Positions 56,375 through 64,000 of a DNA stretch of 64,000 nt are shown here, in pieces. Positions within the stretch are counted from its first letter, which is position 1. Every line of letters begins with the position of its first letter. Source of the DNA: Acidobacteriales bacterium 13_1_40CM_3_55_5 (GTDB lineage Bacteria; Acidobacteriota; Terriglobia; Terriglobales; Acidobacteriaceae); the NCBI GenBank assembly GCA_001918935.1, contig MNGW01000093.1:5302-69301 (forward strand). Reading direction: 5' to 3'. Both the position numbers and the translations under genes were made by a program. The notes beneath the pieces were generated by a model. It had not been told where the DNA came from. It saw only the letters and a list, made by a program, of their open reading frames with translations, and did not search any database.

Positions 56375-57128
56375 TAAACTCGTTCACCTGCGATACAAGA
56401 TATTCGAGCACTTGTCGAGCAGCATCCTGCTCTGCGTTTTTCTTCGTGGAACCCTGGGCGCGACCGACAAATTCGGGCCGGCTCTCGGTATCCAATGCCT
56501 GCAACCGCGCCTCGACGGTAAAAGTCTTGCTATGCTCGGGGCCCTGCTCCTTCACTAATACATACGATGGTTGCGGACGCCCAATGGCTTGTAATTTTTC
56601 CTGCAACGCCGACTTGTAATCGTTGGACGGAAGACTATTGCCGCTGGTAGCGATGCGCTCCAGTTCCGGCGTTACGATGTGCCGGAGTACCAACGAGCGG
56701 GCCGTTTCCAGTCCGTCATCCAGATAAACAGCGGCAAGAACCGCTTCGAGAGCGTCCACCAGCAGAGCCGTTTTGTTGCGGCCGCCACTCTTTTCCTCGC
56801 CTCGACCTAGCCGTAAAAACTTCCCGATTTCCAATTGCTGGGCCACTTGGATCAGATGTCTTTCGCTGACCAGGTGGGCCCGTAATTTCGATAGCTCTCC
56901 TTCTCTAAAATGCGGAAAGCGGTGAAAAAGTTCCTCGCTGGTGATCAGTCCCAGGATGGCGTCTCCCAGGAACTCGAGTTGCTCGTTATCCCCCACCCGG
57001 CTGCCCTCGAGTGCAGCCTCAATCTCGCGCGCCTGCGAAGTGTGAGTGAGAGCCTGCTCCAGCAGTTCCGCTCGAACGAAACGGTGACCCAGCACAGCTT
57101 GCAACTCGGAAGTTTCCTGTGACTTCAT
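56343..57128 (-). CDS. rnc: ribonuclease III
   Basis: NEQLEFLGDAILG and a C-terminal dsRBD. Confidence 0.92.
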   Translation of the reverse strand: MKSQETSELQAVLGHRFVRAELLEQALTHTSQAREIEAALEGSRVGDNEQLEFLGDAILGLITSEELFHRFPHFREGELSKLRAHLVSERHLIQVAQQLEIGKFLRLGRGEEKSGGRNKTALLVDALEAVLAAVYLDDGLETARSLVLRHIVTPELERIATSGNSLPSNDYKSALQEKLQAIGRPQPSYVLVKEQGPEHSKTFTVEARLQALDTESRPEFVGRAQGSTKKNAEQDAARQVLEYLVSQVNEFNGRSSSRGRC

Positions 57129-57179
57129 GAGCGAGACGGCCCGACACATCAGATATGCGGCAAAATGGACTGCGGTCGC

Positions 57180-58145
57180 CTAGTTTTTGGGCGGAGCCGG
57201 ATTCTGAGCACTCGCGGGCGGCTTCGAAGCTGGAGTAGGAGTGCCGCCTGTCAATTGCACTAATCTATCGCGCTCGCGGCGAGCCAAACCCCCAGCTGTC
57301 GTGCCTTCCGGAGTTAATTGAACGGCGTGGTTCGCTTCCTTCAAGGCTTCTGGGTACTTTCCCTGTTTGTCGAGTGCCAGTGCGAGCCGCAGAACCACTA
57401 CTGGATCGAGCTGAGCGGGAAACGCATCCATCGACTTGCGATAAAAATTCTCCGCGTCCGCGTACTTTTCTTTGTTGAATTCCAGTGTCCCCATGATGGC
57501 GTAAGCACTGGAGCGCAAAACGCCTTTATAGGCATCGATTTTTTCCTGCGGCGTGTCTGCCCGCGGAGCGATATCGGTGTCTACGGTAACGAGCGATCGC
57601 TGAGCCAATTTCATGGCCTCATCCAGGCGTTGATCTTTATCTAAATCCGTGTCCCGGGTGCGCTCGGCAAGCACTTGCGCCACACCCACCAGGGCAGTCG
57701 GCTCATCAGGATCGATCTTCAGCACCTTGCGCCCCATCTCCATCATTTTGTCGGCATTGTTGGCGCGCTGATAACTCTGCATAGCCGCCTCGTACAACAG
57801 GCCTCGCAGTTCGCTGTCCGGGTATTTGGTCGCGAAAGCATCTGCTGCTTTTTCCACCGCAGCTGGATCATTCGTATTGGCTATGGCGGTGTTGAATTCG
57901 GCAAACTCGGCGTCCGTTTTGGCTTGTGGTGGCCGCTTCCCTTGCGGGGTCGCAGGCGCTGCCCCTGGTTGCGGAGCTCCCGGCTGCTGCCCCTGACTTT
58001 GCTGAGCCGCGCCAGACTGAGATGCCCCAGGCTGAGCGCCGCCGGTCTGGGACGTAGCAGGCTTCTGCGGGGATGAAGCTTGAGGCTCCCCAAATACAAA
58101 GGTTGCCAGACCCAGCATCATTGCTACCATCGCTGCTCGCTTCAT
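57180..58145 (-). CDS. secreted TPR-repeat protein with Q/G/P-rich N-terminal region
   Basis: Signal peptide, a low-complexity region, and TPR-like helices. Confidence 0.7.
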   Translation of the reverse strand: MKRAAMVAMMLGLATFVFGEPQASSPQKPATSQTGGAQPGASQSGAAQQSQGQQPGAPQPGAAPATPQGKRPPQAKTDAEFAEFNTAIANTNDPAAVEKAADAFATKYPDSELRGLLYEAAMQSYQRANNADKMMEMGRKVLKIDPDEPTALVGVAQVLAERTRDTDLDKDQRLDEAMKLAQRSLVTVDTDIAPRADTPQEKIDAYKGVLRSSAYAIMGTLEFNKEKYADAENFYRKSMDAFPAQLDPVVVLRLALALDKQGKYPEALKEANHAVQLTPEGTTAGGLARRERDRLVQLTGGTPTPASKPPASAQNPAPPKN

Positions 58146-58199
58146 ACTGTCTCCTTAGGATAGATCTTGATCGCGGAATGCTTAGGGTGTCGCCCCGTA

Positions 58200-59786
58200 C
58201 TATTGTGGATGGCTCGGCGGCTCATATGGTTGTTGCAAGCCCCGTTCCGCCGCCGCTTTGGCTTCCGGCAGTGACGCGCCGGCATTAAGCGCCGCCCGGT
58301 ATTGGTCAACCGCTGCTTCCCGGTTTTCCTGCAAATCAAATATTCTTCCCAGGTAAATGTGGGACCAGGCCACTACCTTGGGTTCTCGGGCTATCTCAAG
58401 AGCCCTCTGGAAATAATTGCGGGCGCCCTGCATGTCACGGTTCATAGTCGCAACTTGCGCGAGAATGAATAGCGCTCGGCCGGGATCCTCATTTTTTTCG
58501 TCTAGAGCTTCCTGGGCCAGTTTTTGCGCAGTGGTGGCGTCACCCGCGGAAAGCCGCTGCTCAGCGGTTACCAGCAGTTTGCCTTCTATGGGGCGGGACA
58601 GATGCAACAGTTCCGGGTCGGCCCGGTTTGCAAATTGGACCTGAGCTGCGAGTTTCTCTTCCTTCCGAACGTCGATACTGGAAACCAGGTCGCCGTATAC
58701 ATTGCGCAGACCCGCTGGATCCTTCTCGAACTTGATCAGCGCATCGTAAAAATATCGAGTCAGGATGAATCCTTGCTGTAACGATTGTTCCACCAGTTGC
58801 TCGCGTTGTGTCTCAGGCGCTTTACTGCCGCCCGTTGTGCGCGCTTCGATGGCTCGAATGAAACACTCGGTGAGCAGAAGCGTGACATCGCTCTTGAAAC
58901 TTTCGTCGATGGGCGCAGTCTTCACCGAATCGAGCAGGGGCGTCAATCGCTTCATGGTGCTGGGATACTTCAGCGCCAGGGGATCCAGCAAATAGTGCAG
59001 ATATGTGTGCCGGATCTGCTCCATCTTCAAAGACGATCCAGAACCTGGAGAAATAATGACAAAGTAATTCGGTCCGTAATTACGCGCATTGATCTGACCC
59101 GGCGCGCCCATCGGATCCAGATAGACGGTGAACCCCTGCCCTAAATATTGCGAAGACGGTATCTTTAAATATATTTCGGTGTCGAACAACATCTTGGCTA
59201 CCGGTTCGTGATAACGCGCCGTCAGCTGCGAATAGGCTTCCCGACGTGGCTCCCAGATAGCATGCAATCCCGCGGCATCATAAAACTTTTGCAGCAGCGG
59301 CAGGATTCCTACTACATAGTTCGCATCCGGCGGAATATCTGCTTCTTTGACTTTGAGAGAAAAAGGCGCGGGTGGTCCGTTGAGATAAAGCGCCAACGAT
59401 ATGTATTGCGCGAGCGTGCGGGATGCATCCGGTTGCCGCCGCTCATCGTAAAACTGGCACATCGCCTGAGTGGCTTCCTTGGCTTCTGGTGAGGACTGAA
59501 TGGACTCACCCACCTCGGCGCGAACCTGGCTTCTCAGCGGATGAGACACGCCCAGCTCCTGATCATATCCGCAAGCGTTGATGGCGGTCAGAACCGAGAA
59601 TAGTGTCTCACTTGTATCCAGCGCCACCTTGGGGGGATTCTGGGCCGCAGACACTTGTGCCAACAATCCAATCAACACCGCGCACCACACGGATCGAAAC
59701 CTAGTAACCAGGGAGCCTCCTCGATGCAGGTGAGTATTCTTTAGTTTAAGGGCTTCCAAGCAGAGGGTCAAACAATGACAAGCCAT
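58200..59786 (-). CDS. hypothetical secreted protein with C-terminal TPR repeats
   Basis: 528-aa ORF. TPR-like ALFILAQVATMNRDMQGARNYFQRALEI. Confidence 0.65.
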   Translation of the reverse strand: MACHCLTLCLEALKLKNTHLHRGGSLVTRFRSVWCAVLIGLLAQVSAAQNPPKVALDTSETLFSVLTAINACGYDQELGVSHPLRSQVRAEVGESIQSSPEAKEATQAMCQFYDERRQPDASRTLAQYISLALYLNGPPAPFSLKVKEADIPPDANYVVGILPLLQKFYDAAGLHAIWEPRREAYSQLTARYHEPVAKMLFDTEIYLKIPSSQYLGQGFTVYLDPMGAPGQINARNYGPNYFVIISPGSGSSLKMEQIRHTYLHYLLDPLALKYPSTMKRLTPLLDSVKTAPIDESFKSDVTLLLTECFIRAIEARTTGGSKAPETQREQLVEQSLQQGFILTRYFYDALIKFEKDPAGLRNVYGDLVSSIDVRKEEKLAAQVQFANRADPELLHLSRPIEGKLLVTAEQRLSAGDATTAQKLAQEALDEKNEDPGRALFILAQVATMNRDMQGARNYFQRALEIAREPKVVAWSHIYLGRIFDLQENREAAVDQYRAALNAGASLPEAKAAAERGLQQPYEPPSHPQ

Positions 59787-59817
59787 CCGGCATCAGCTTG
59801 CCTGATGGCTCTCATTA

Positions 59818-60480
59818 CTATCCGCGGACGCTGATTTTAGAAAAGGACAGCACCGCACGCCCGGTTGTCGGACGCCCCATGGAGGTCGCAGGACGGAACG
59901 TGGTGAAGATCAGCATGTTCTTGACCTTCGGCAGCAACTCCTTGGATTGCACAGAATCGGAGAGAATGCGGTAATCCTGTACCCGGCCTTTGGAATCGAC
60001 GTCGGCTTCAATGACCAGGGAATCCTCATTGATGGAATCAAGCGGAGCCCCAAAGGCTGACTGCTGCAATTGCGGCGCGGTGTACAGCACCAGGGGCACG
60101 TCAGGATTATCCGCTTGTAAAGGCGCGAGGAATCCCATTAGAACAATGAAGATTGCAATCGCGGTGACCAGTCCTGCAGTGGCGGGAACCATGAATGCGT
60201 TCAAAGCATTCTCCAGCCGTATCTGCGCGTGGTTGAGGTATGGACGCTTCGATTGCGCGACTTCCTGCGAAATAGCGACCCGAAGCTTCAGCGCCAGATC
60301 ATTTGGCGCTTTTCTGCGAGCCAGTTTCGCCAGCAATTGCTGGGTGTGCTGCAACGACAAGTATTCCTGCCTGCAATCACCACAAGTTTGCAGATGCTGG
60401 CTGAGAGCACGCATCTGCGTGCCGGTTACTGCGCCGTCCAGGTAAAGCGAGAACAACGATTTTGCCTGGGCGCACTTCAT
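59818..60480 (-). CDS. anti-sigma factor (zf-HC2 type)
   Basis: N-terminal C..LSQHLQTCGDCRQEY, a central TM segment, and ATGA overlap with the sigma gene. Confidence 0.75.
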   Translation of the reverse strand: MKCAQAKSLFSLYLDGAVTGTQMRALSQHLQTCGDCRQEYLSLQHTQQLLAKLARRKAPNDLALKLRVAISQEVAQSKRPYLNHAQIRLENALNAFMVPATAGLVTAIAIFIVLMGFLAPLQADNPDVPLVLYTAPQLQQSAFGAPLDSINEDSLVIEADVDSKGRVQDYRILSDSVQSKELLPKVKNMLIFTTFRPATSMGRPTTGRAVLSFSKISVRG

Positions 60481-61319
60481 GGCGTCACCTCGACTTCTCT
60501 GCCATCGGAACGAACCGGGGAGCGTGACCGCGTTTTTGATTGGTGCTCCTCGGGAGCCTCTAGGCCCAGTTCGCCGCCTACTTCCCGGACATACGCCAGC
60601 AGTCGCTGCTTAAGCGCCTCGCGGCCTCGAGTCAATCTTGATTTCACTGTGCCCAGAGAAACCTCGGTGATCTCCGCGATCTCTTCATAAGACATCTCTT
60701 CCAGATCACGCAGGATCAGCGTGGTGCGATAGGGCTCCGGAACTTTTTGTAATTCTTCTTCCACCCGTGCCTGAACCTCATGATGAGCCACATTATCGAA
60801 GGGCGATTCTCCTTCATCCACCAGCGTGTCTTTGATCGCGGGGGACGCACCCATTTCGAAATCACCATGCAGTGGCTCCATGGACATTTCTTTCGCCTTA
60901 TGACGGAACCACCAACGCCGGCGATTGGAAGCCTCGTGCAAAGCAATCCGGTATATCCATGTCTTCAGACTGGACTGGCCGTTGAAGTGTTTCATTCCGC
61001 GGAACACCTTCAGGAAAACTTCTTGCGTGGTGTCAGCGGCATCGGCTGGATCAGCTACCATGCGATAAACCAGGCTGTAGATCGGCTGATGAAATTCTCC
61101 GATAAGCCAGGCGTAGGCCTCTTCCGAACCAGCCTTCAGTTCCGCAACGATGGCGGATTCCTGAGCTCGAACTCCTAGCGCGCCTACCAGGTCACCCAAG
61201 TTGATTGCTCCCGCCACCAACCTCATGGCGTCACATCCATTATAAGTTCTTTTCGAGCCCGAAGTCTGGCCCAAAGCGGACACCGAGTTTGCGGCGCGCA
61301 TAACAACAAGAGCATCCAC
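60477..61319 (-). CDS. ECF-type RNA polymerase sigma factor
   Basis: Region 2 (DTTQEVFLKVFRG) and region 4 (LRDLEEMSYEEIAEITEVSLGTVKSRLTRGR). The true start is probably downstream (for example Met at 61226). Confidence 0.85.
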   Translation of the reverse strand: MDALVVMRAANSVSALGQTSGSKRTYNGCDAMRLVAGAINLGDLVGALGVRAQESAIVAELKAGSEEAYAWLIGEFHQPIYSLVYRMVADPADAADTTQEVFLKVFRGMKHFNGQSSLKTWIYRIALHEASNRRRWWFRHKAKEMSMEPLHGDFEMGASPAIKDTLVDEGESPFDNVAHHEVQARVEEELQKVPEPYRTTLILRDLEEMSYEEIAEITEVSLGTVKSRLTRGREALKQRLLAYVREVGGELGLEAPEEHQSKTRSRSPVRSDGREVEVTP

Positions 61320-61404
61320 CTTCTTAGTTAGACCCCGCAGCGGCGTGCGGAGTTCCAGAGCTGGAAGTGGTGTGATTTCAGCTGGTTAGCAGGCAGCAAC
61401 AGCG

Positions 61405-61506
61405 CTTGGCATTTAGCACTCAGCACTTGGCCCATCTTGGCTGGAAGTGTTTTCGAAGACACCCGTGCCGTGGCTGGCTAAATGCTAAGTGCTAATTGCT
61501 AAGTGC
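61405..61506. repeat. GCTAAGT-type heptad inverted repeat pair
   Basis: cttggcatttagcactcagcacttgg faces ggctaaatgctaagtgctaattgctaagtgc. Confidence 0.6.
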
Positions 61507-61549
61507 GGTTCGCTGACTCGAAACCAGAAACTGTAAACCTGAAACTGCC

Positions 61550-62221
61550 CTACTGAGGCTTAGTCTGCGGCGGCGGAGGAGTAGATTTCGTGGAAGATTT
61601 CTTTCTGGCAGGTTTCTTGGGAGACTCGTTGTCATCCACAATCACTTTTTTTGGCTGCTGCGAATTCGTCCCACCCTGTCCGGTTTGAACCGCCGTGCGT
61701 AGCCGAGCGAGCTCTGCTTCTTTAACGCCGGCAAGAGTCTCCATACGATCGGCAAATGCGCGCCGGGATCGTTCAAGCATGCTCAGGTCATTTTCCAAAG
61801 CCTGGAATTCATCCTTGGTACCGAATGCTCCCGCGGATTCGGCGACAGCGGCAAACACATCATAAAGCGCGGTCAGGTTGCGATAGACCCTGAAAGTGGC
61901 AGTCAGATTCTCCGGAGACATTCTTAACTGGCTGATCATTTCGGGAAGTGCACTCTGCAGATTGCGCTCGAGGGATTCCACGTTAGTTTGCATCTGCCGT
62001 TTATTGTTGGAATCCGTCTTCCACTTTTCCACCCGCAACTTTGCCAGGTCGAGTTGGGTCTGCTGCGATGTTTGTTCCAGTTGTGATAGCAACTGGTTTA
62101 GTTGGGTAATGGATGAATACGACACCGGTGGCGACGGAGCGGATTGATTTTGCGCCATCGCTGGTGTAAGTAGCACTAGTAGCAGTAAACAACGTGGACT
62201 TAGAATGGATCTTTTATTCAT
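61550..62221 (-). CDS. hypothetical secreted coiled-coil protein
   Basis: Signal peptide, a helical Q/L/E-rich body, and a lysine/proline-rich tail. Confidence 0.6.
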   Translation of the reverse strand: MNKRSILSPRCLLLLVLLTPAMAQNQSAPSPPVSYSSITQLNQLLSQLEQTSQQTQLDLAKLRVEKWKTDSNNKRQMQTNVESLERNLQSALPEMISQLRMSPENLTATFRVYRNLTALYDVFAAVAESAGAFGTKDEFQALENDLSMLERSRRAFADRMETLAGVKEAELARLRTAVQTGQGGTNSQQPKKVIVDDNESPKKPARKKSSTKSTPPPPQTKPQ

Positions 62222-62311
62222 GATTTCGTCGCTTGACCGTCCACAGGATACTCATTTTCCGCGGTTTCGCAAAGTCGGCCCGCAGAGTAGATGCAGCTCG
62301 CTGGACAAGGT

Positions 62312-62340
62312 TTGACTATCCCCAAGCGGTGAGCGAGAAT
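62312..62340 (+). promoter_or_regulatory. possible promoter of tRNA-Ala (TTGACT-N17-GAGAAT)
   Basis: Hexamers and spacing read from the sequence. It lies 45 nt upstream of the tRNA 5' end. Confidence 0.3.
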
Positions 62341-62385
62341 TGAAAGTGTCCAAGCTGGTTTGAGCAGCTTTCCCTTTCAGCAAGT

Positions 62386-62461
62386 GGGCCTGTGGCGCAG
62401 TTGGGAGCGCGCTTCCATGGCATGGAAGAGGTCGTCGGTTCGAACCCGACCAGGTCCACCA
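62386..62461 (+). tRNA. tRNA-Ala (anticodon GGC), CCA encoded
   Basis: The cloverleaf folds by hand: acceptor GGGCCUG/CAGGUCC with G3:U70, anticodon loop AUGGCAU, and T-arm GUCGG UUCGAAC CCGAC. Confidence 0.93.
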
Positions 62462-62487
62462 AAGATCCCTTCATCGCTGACAAACTT

Positions 62488-63496
62488 CTAGGCTGCTTGT
62501 CTATCTGCGGGGGAAATCTTTTCACCCTCGGCCTTTGCCTCAGGATGGCCGCGCTCGGCCGCGGCGTGTTCAATTTCTGCGTTGATCTCGCCTCCCACCA
62601 GGAAGGCCAGGCCGGTTACATAAAACCAGACCAGTAGAATAATCACTGCGCCGAGCGACCCATACGTACTTGAGTAAGAATTGAAGAAATGTAAGTAAAC
62701 GCGGAATCCGAAGGATGCAGCTACCCAAAAAAAACACCGACCACCGATCCGGGCGTGATCCAATACCAATGTTGCTGTTTAACATTGGGAGCGTAGTAAT
62801 AAATCAGGGAGAAAGCCAATATGACGAAGAAAAGGGCCGCCGGCCATTGCAGTATCTTCCAGGCAGTCACAGCTACCCAACCGAGATGGAGTCTTGCACC
62901 TACAAAATTGGCAATGTGGCCTCCCGCCAGCACCAGAGCCAACGCCGCGATAACGAGCATTGAAATCGCAATAGTCAATCCGACTGCAATGGCATGGCAT
63001 GGACCTTGAGCCAGGATCGCGATTCTCGTACGCCATACGCTTGATTCAGAGCGGAAATCATGGCCGTCATCCCACCCGACGCTGCCCATAACGCCAGCAC
63101 GATACCCAGCGTCACTTTTCCGCCAGTGGAGTTCTTGGTTATCTCATCAAGAGTTTTCGACAGAAGTTCATAAGCGGCAGGCGGGAGCACTTCGGAGAAA
63201 TAGAACAACAGATTGGTTCGCAACACAGTGCCGCGCGCGGCAAAGAGTCCGAAAACCGACAGGAGAAAAAGCAGGAAAGGGAAGATTGCGAGCAGATAGC
63301 TGTAGGCCAGTTCGGCCGCCAGGCCCAGCACGTTGTCTTCGTCGATCTGCTTCCAGACGTTCTTAATAAGTCGTAGAGGAATAAGCCCACCCAAGTCCCA
63401 AATGGATTCGACCTGCTGTTTCGTAGTGAGCTTCGACGTCGCCATGGCGAACGTTATTCGGCCGAGTGTTTTTTCGATTCGTTCCCCTTGGGGCAC
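62488..63496 (-). pseudogene. YihY/BrkB (ribonuclease BN-like) family membrane protein, split by two frameshifts
   Basis: Three consecutive minus-strand ORFs carry the N-terminal, middle and C-terminal parts of one YihY-like protein. The breaks are at a CATGC-CATGC duplication (about 62990) and a T8 run (about 62725). Confidence 0.8.
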
Positions 63497-63565
63497 GTTG
63501 TATCAGCAACCCCGATTATGCCCACGAGTTTCAGAGATGATGAAGTGCTACTCTAAACTCGGAGA

Positions 63566-64000
63566 ATGGAACCAACGCGCATACATCCCGTGGACAGCTG
63601 GAGCAGGAAACTTCGTTGCCTGGCCGTTGTTCTATTTTTTGCTACCGTTTTTCTTGCCGCGGAACAAGTATCTTCGGTACCGCGCCATACCAAGTTCACA
63701 GCGACCAAAACCTGGTCGGTGCGGTGGCAGCCCACGCGTGTTGTGAACGGCGCCCCGCTTTTTCTCCGAGTGACGGCGCCTGTACGACTCGAATCGCTCT
63801 CCGGAAATTGGCAGGGGCACGAAGTATTTCTTAATTTTGATACCGCGAACAAGACCTGGTATGGAATTGCCGGCGCCAGCCTTCAGACCCGCCCCGGCAG
63901 TTATCCTCTTAAACTGGAAGCGACCACCATCAGCGGCAAGAAAATTACTTTCGAACGAAAGGTCACCGTTCACGCCGCAAAATATCCGCGCATAGCCATT
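63566..64000 (+). CDS. hypothetical secreted protein, 5' partial view (runs off the window); possibly the N-terminal region of an M23-type peptidase
   Basis: Frame 2 is open from ATG 63566 to the window end. A TM/signal-like segment (CLAVVLFFATVFLAA) is present. The M23 suggestion is from memory only. Confidence 0.4.
   Translation, partial: MEPTRIHPVDSWSRKLRCLAVVLFFATVFLAAEQVSSVPRHTKFTATKTWSVRWQPTRVVNGAPLFLRVTAPVRLESLSGNWQGHEVFLNFDTANKTWYGIAGASLQTRPGSYPLKLEATTISGKKITFERKVTVHAAKYPRIAI

Noticed and set aside
61411-61430. CIRCE (HrcA operator) half-site TTAGCACTC
   Set aside because: Only the left half matches. The sequence 9 nt downstream is not GAGTGCTAA. The match is a by-product of the GCTAAGT/GCACTCA heptad repeat, and no chaperone gene follows.
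62386-63496. tRNA-Ala as an integration site of a genomic island
   Set aside because: There is no integrase, no direct repeat of the tRNA 3' end, and no foreign-looking gene block. The neighbour is just a decayed yihY gene.

Overview
This window is chromosomal and mostly housekeeping. It comes from a moderately GC-rich, Gram-negative-type bacterium. Gene content and the intergenic repeat motifs remind me of Acidobacteriota, but I cannot verify that here.

Recognisable blocks:
- rpsP-KH-rimM-trmD-rplS
- trpS-scpA-scpB-rluB
- purA, sucCD, trpD, purS, glmS, ffh
- an HspR-type dnaK-dnaJ-hspR operon
- an ECF sigma/anti-sigma - rnc - lepB - lepB - asmA string
- one tRNA-Ala(GGC)

I found no rRNA, CRISPR array, integrase or transposase.

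Main observations:
1. A GIY-YIG nuclease gene is bracketed by inverted repeats that contain hairpins. It fills the dnaK-dnaJ spacer. Solo copies of the same repeat boxes occur near 15.1 kb.
2. A small islet of uncharacterised genes lies at 35.0-38.5 kb. It includes an SD-preceded 42-codon gene that is absent from the ORF track and encodes a signal peptide plus a C-X5-C peptide. That gene heads a membrane-protein operon. The islet is flanked by an orphan LytTR response regulator and an XRE regulator with a degenerate S24-like domain.
3. Hairpin-forming elements with 7-nt periodicity recur at many gene boundaries.
4. Five genes are disrupted or shortened (ndk, an acetyltransferase, yihY, a membrane protein, and possibly the DinB C-terminus). 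Three of the lesions sit in homopolymer runs, so sequencing error and real decay cannot be separated here.

All functional calls rest on motif recognition by eye. No database search was possible.
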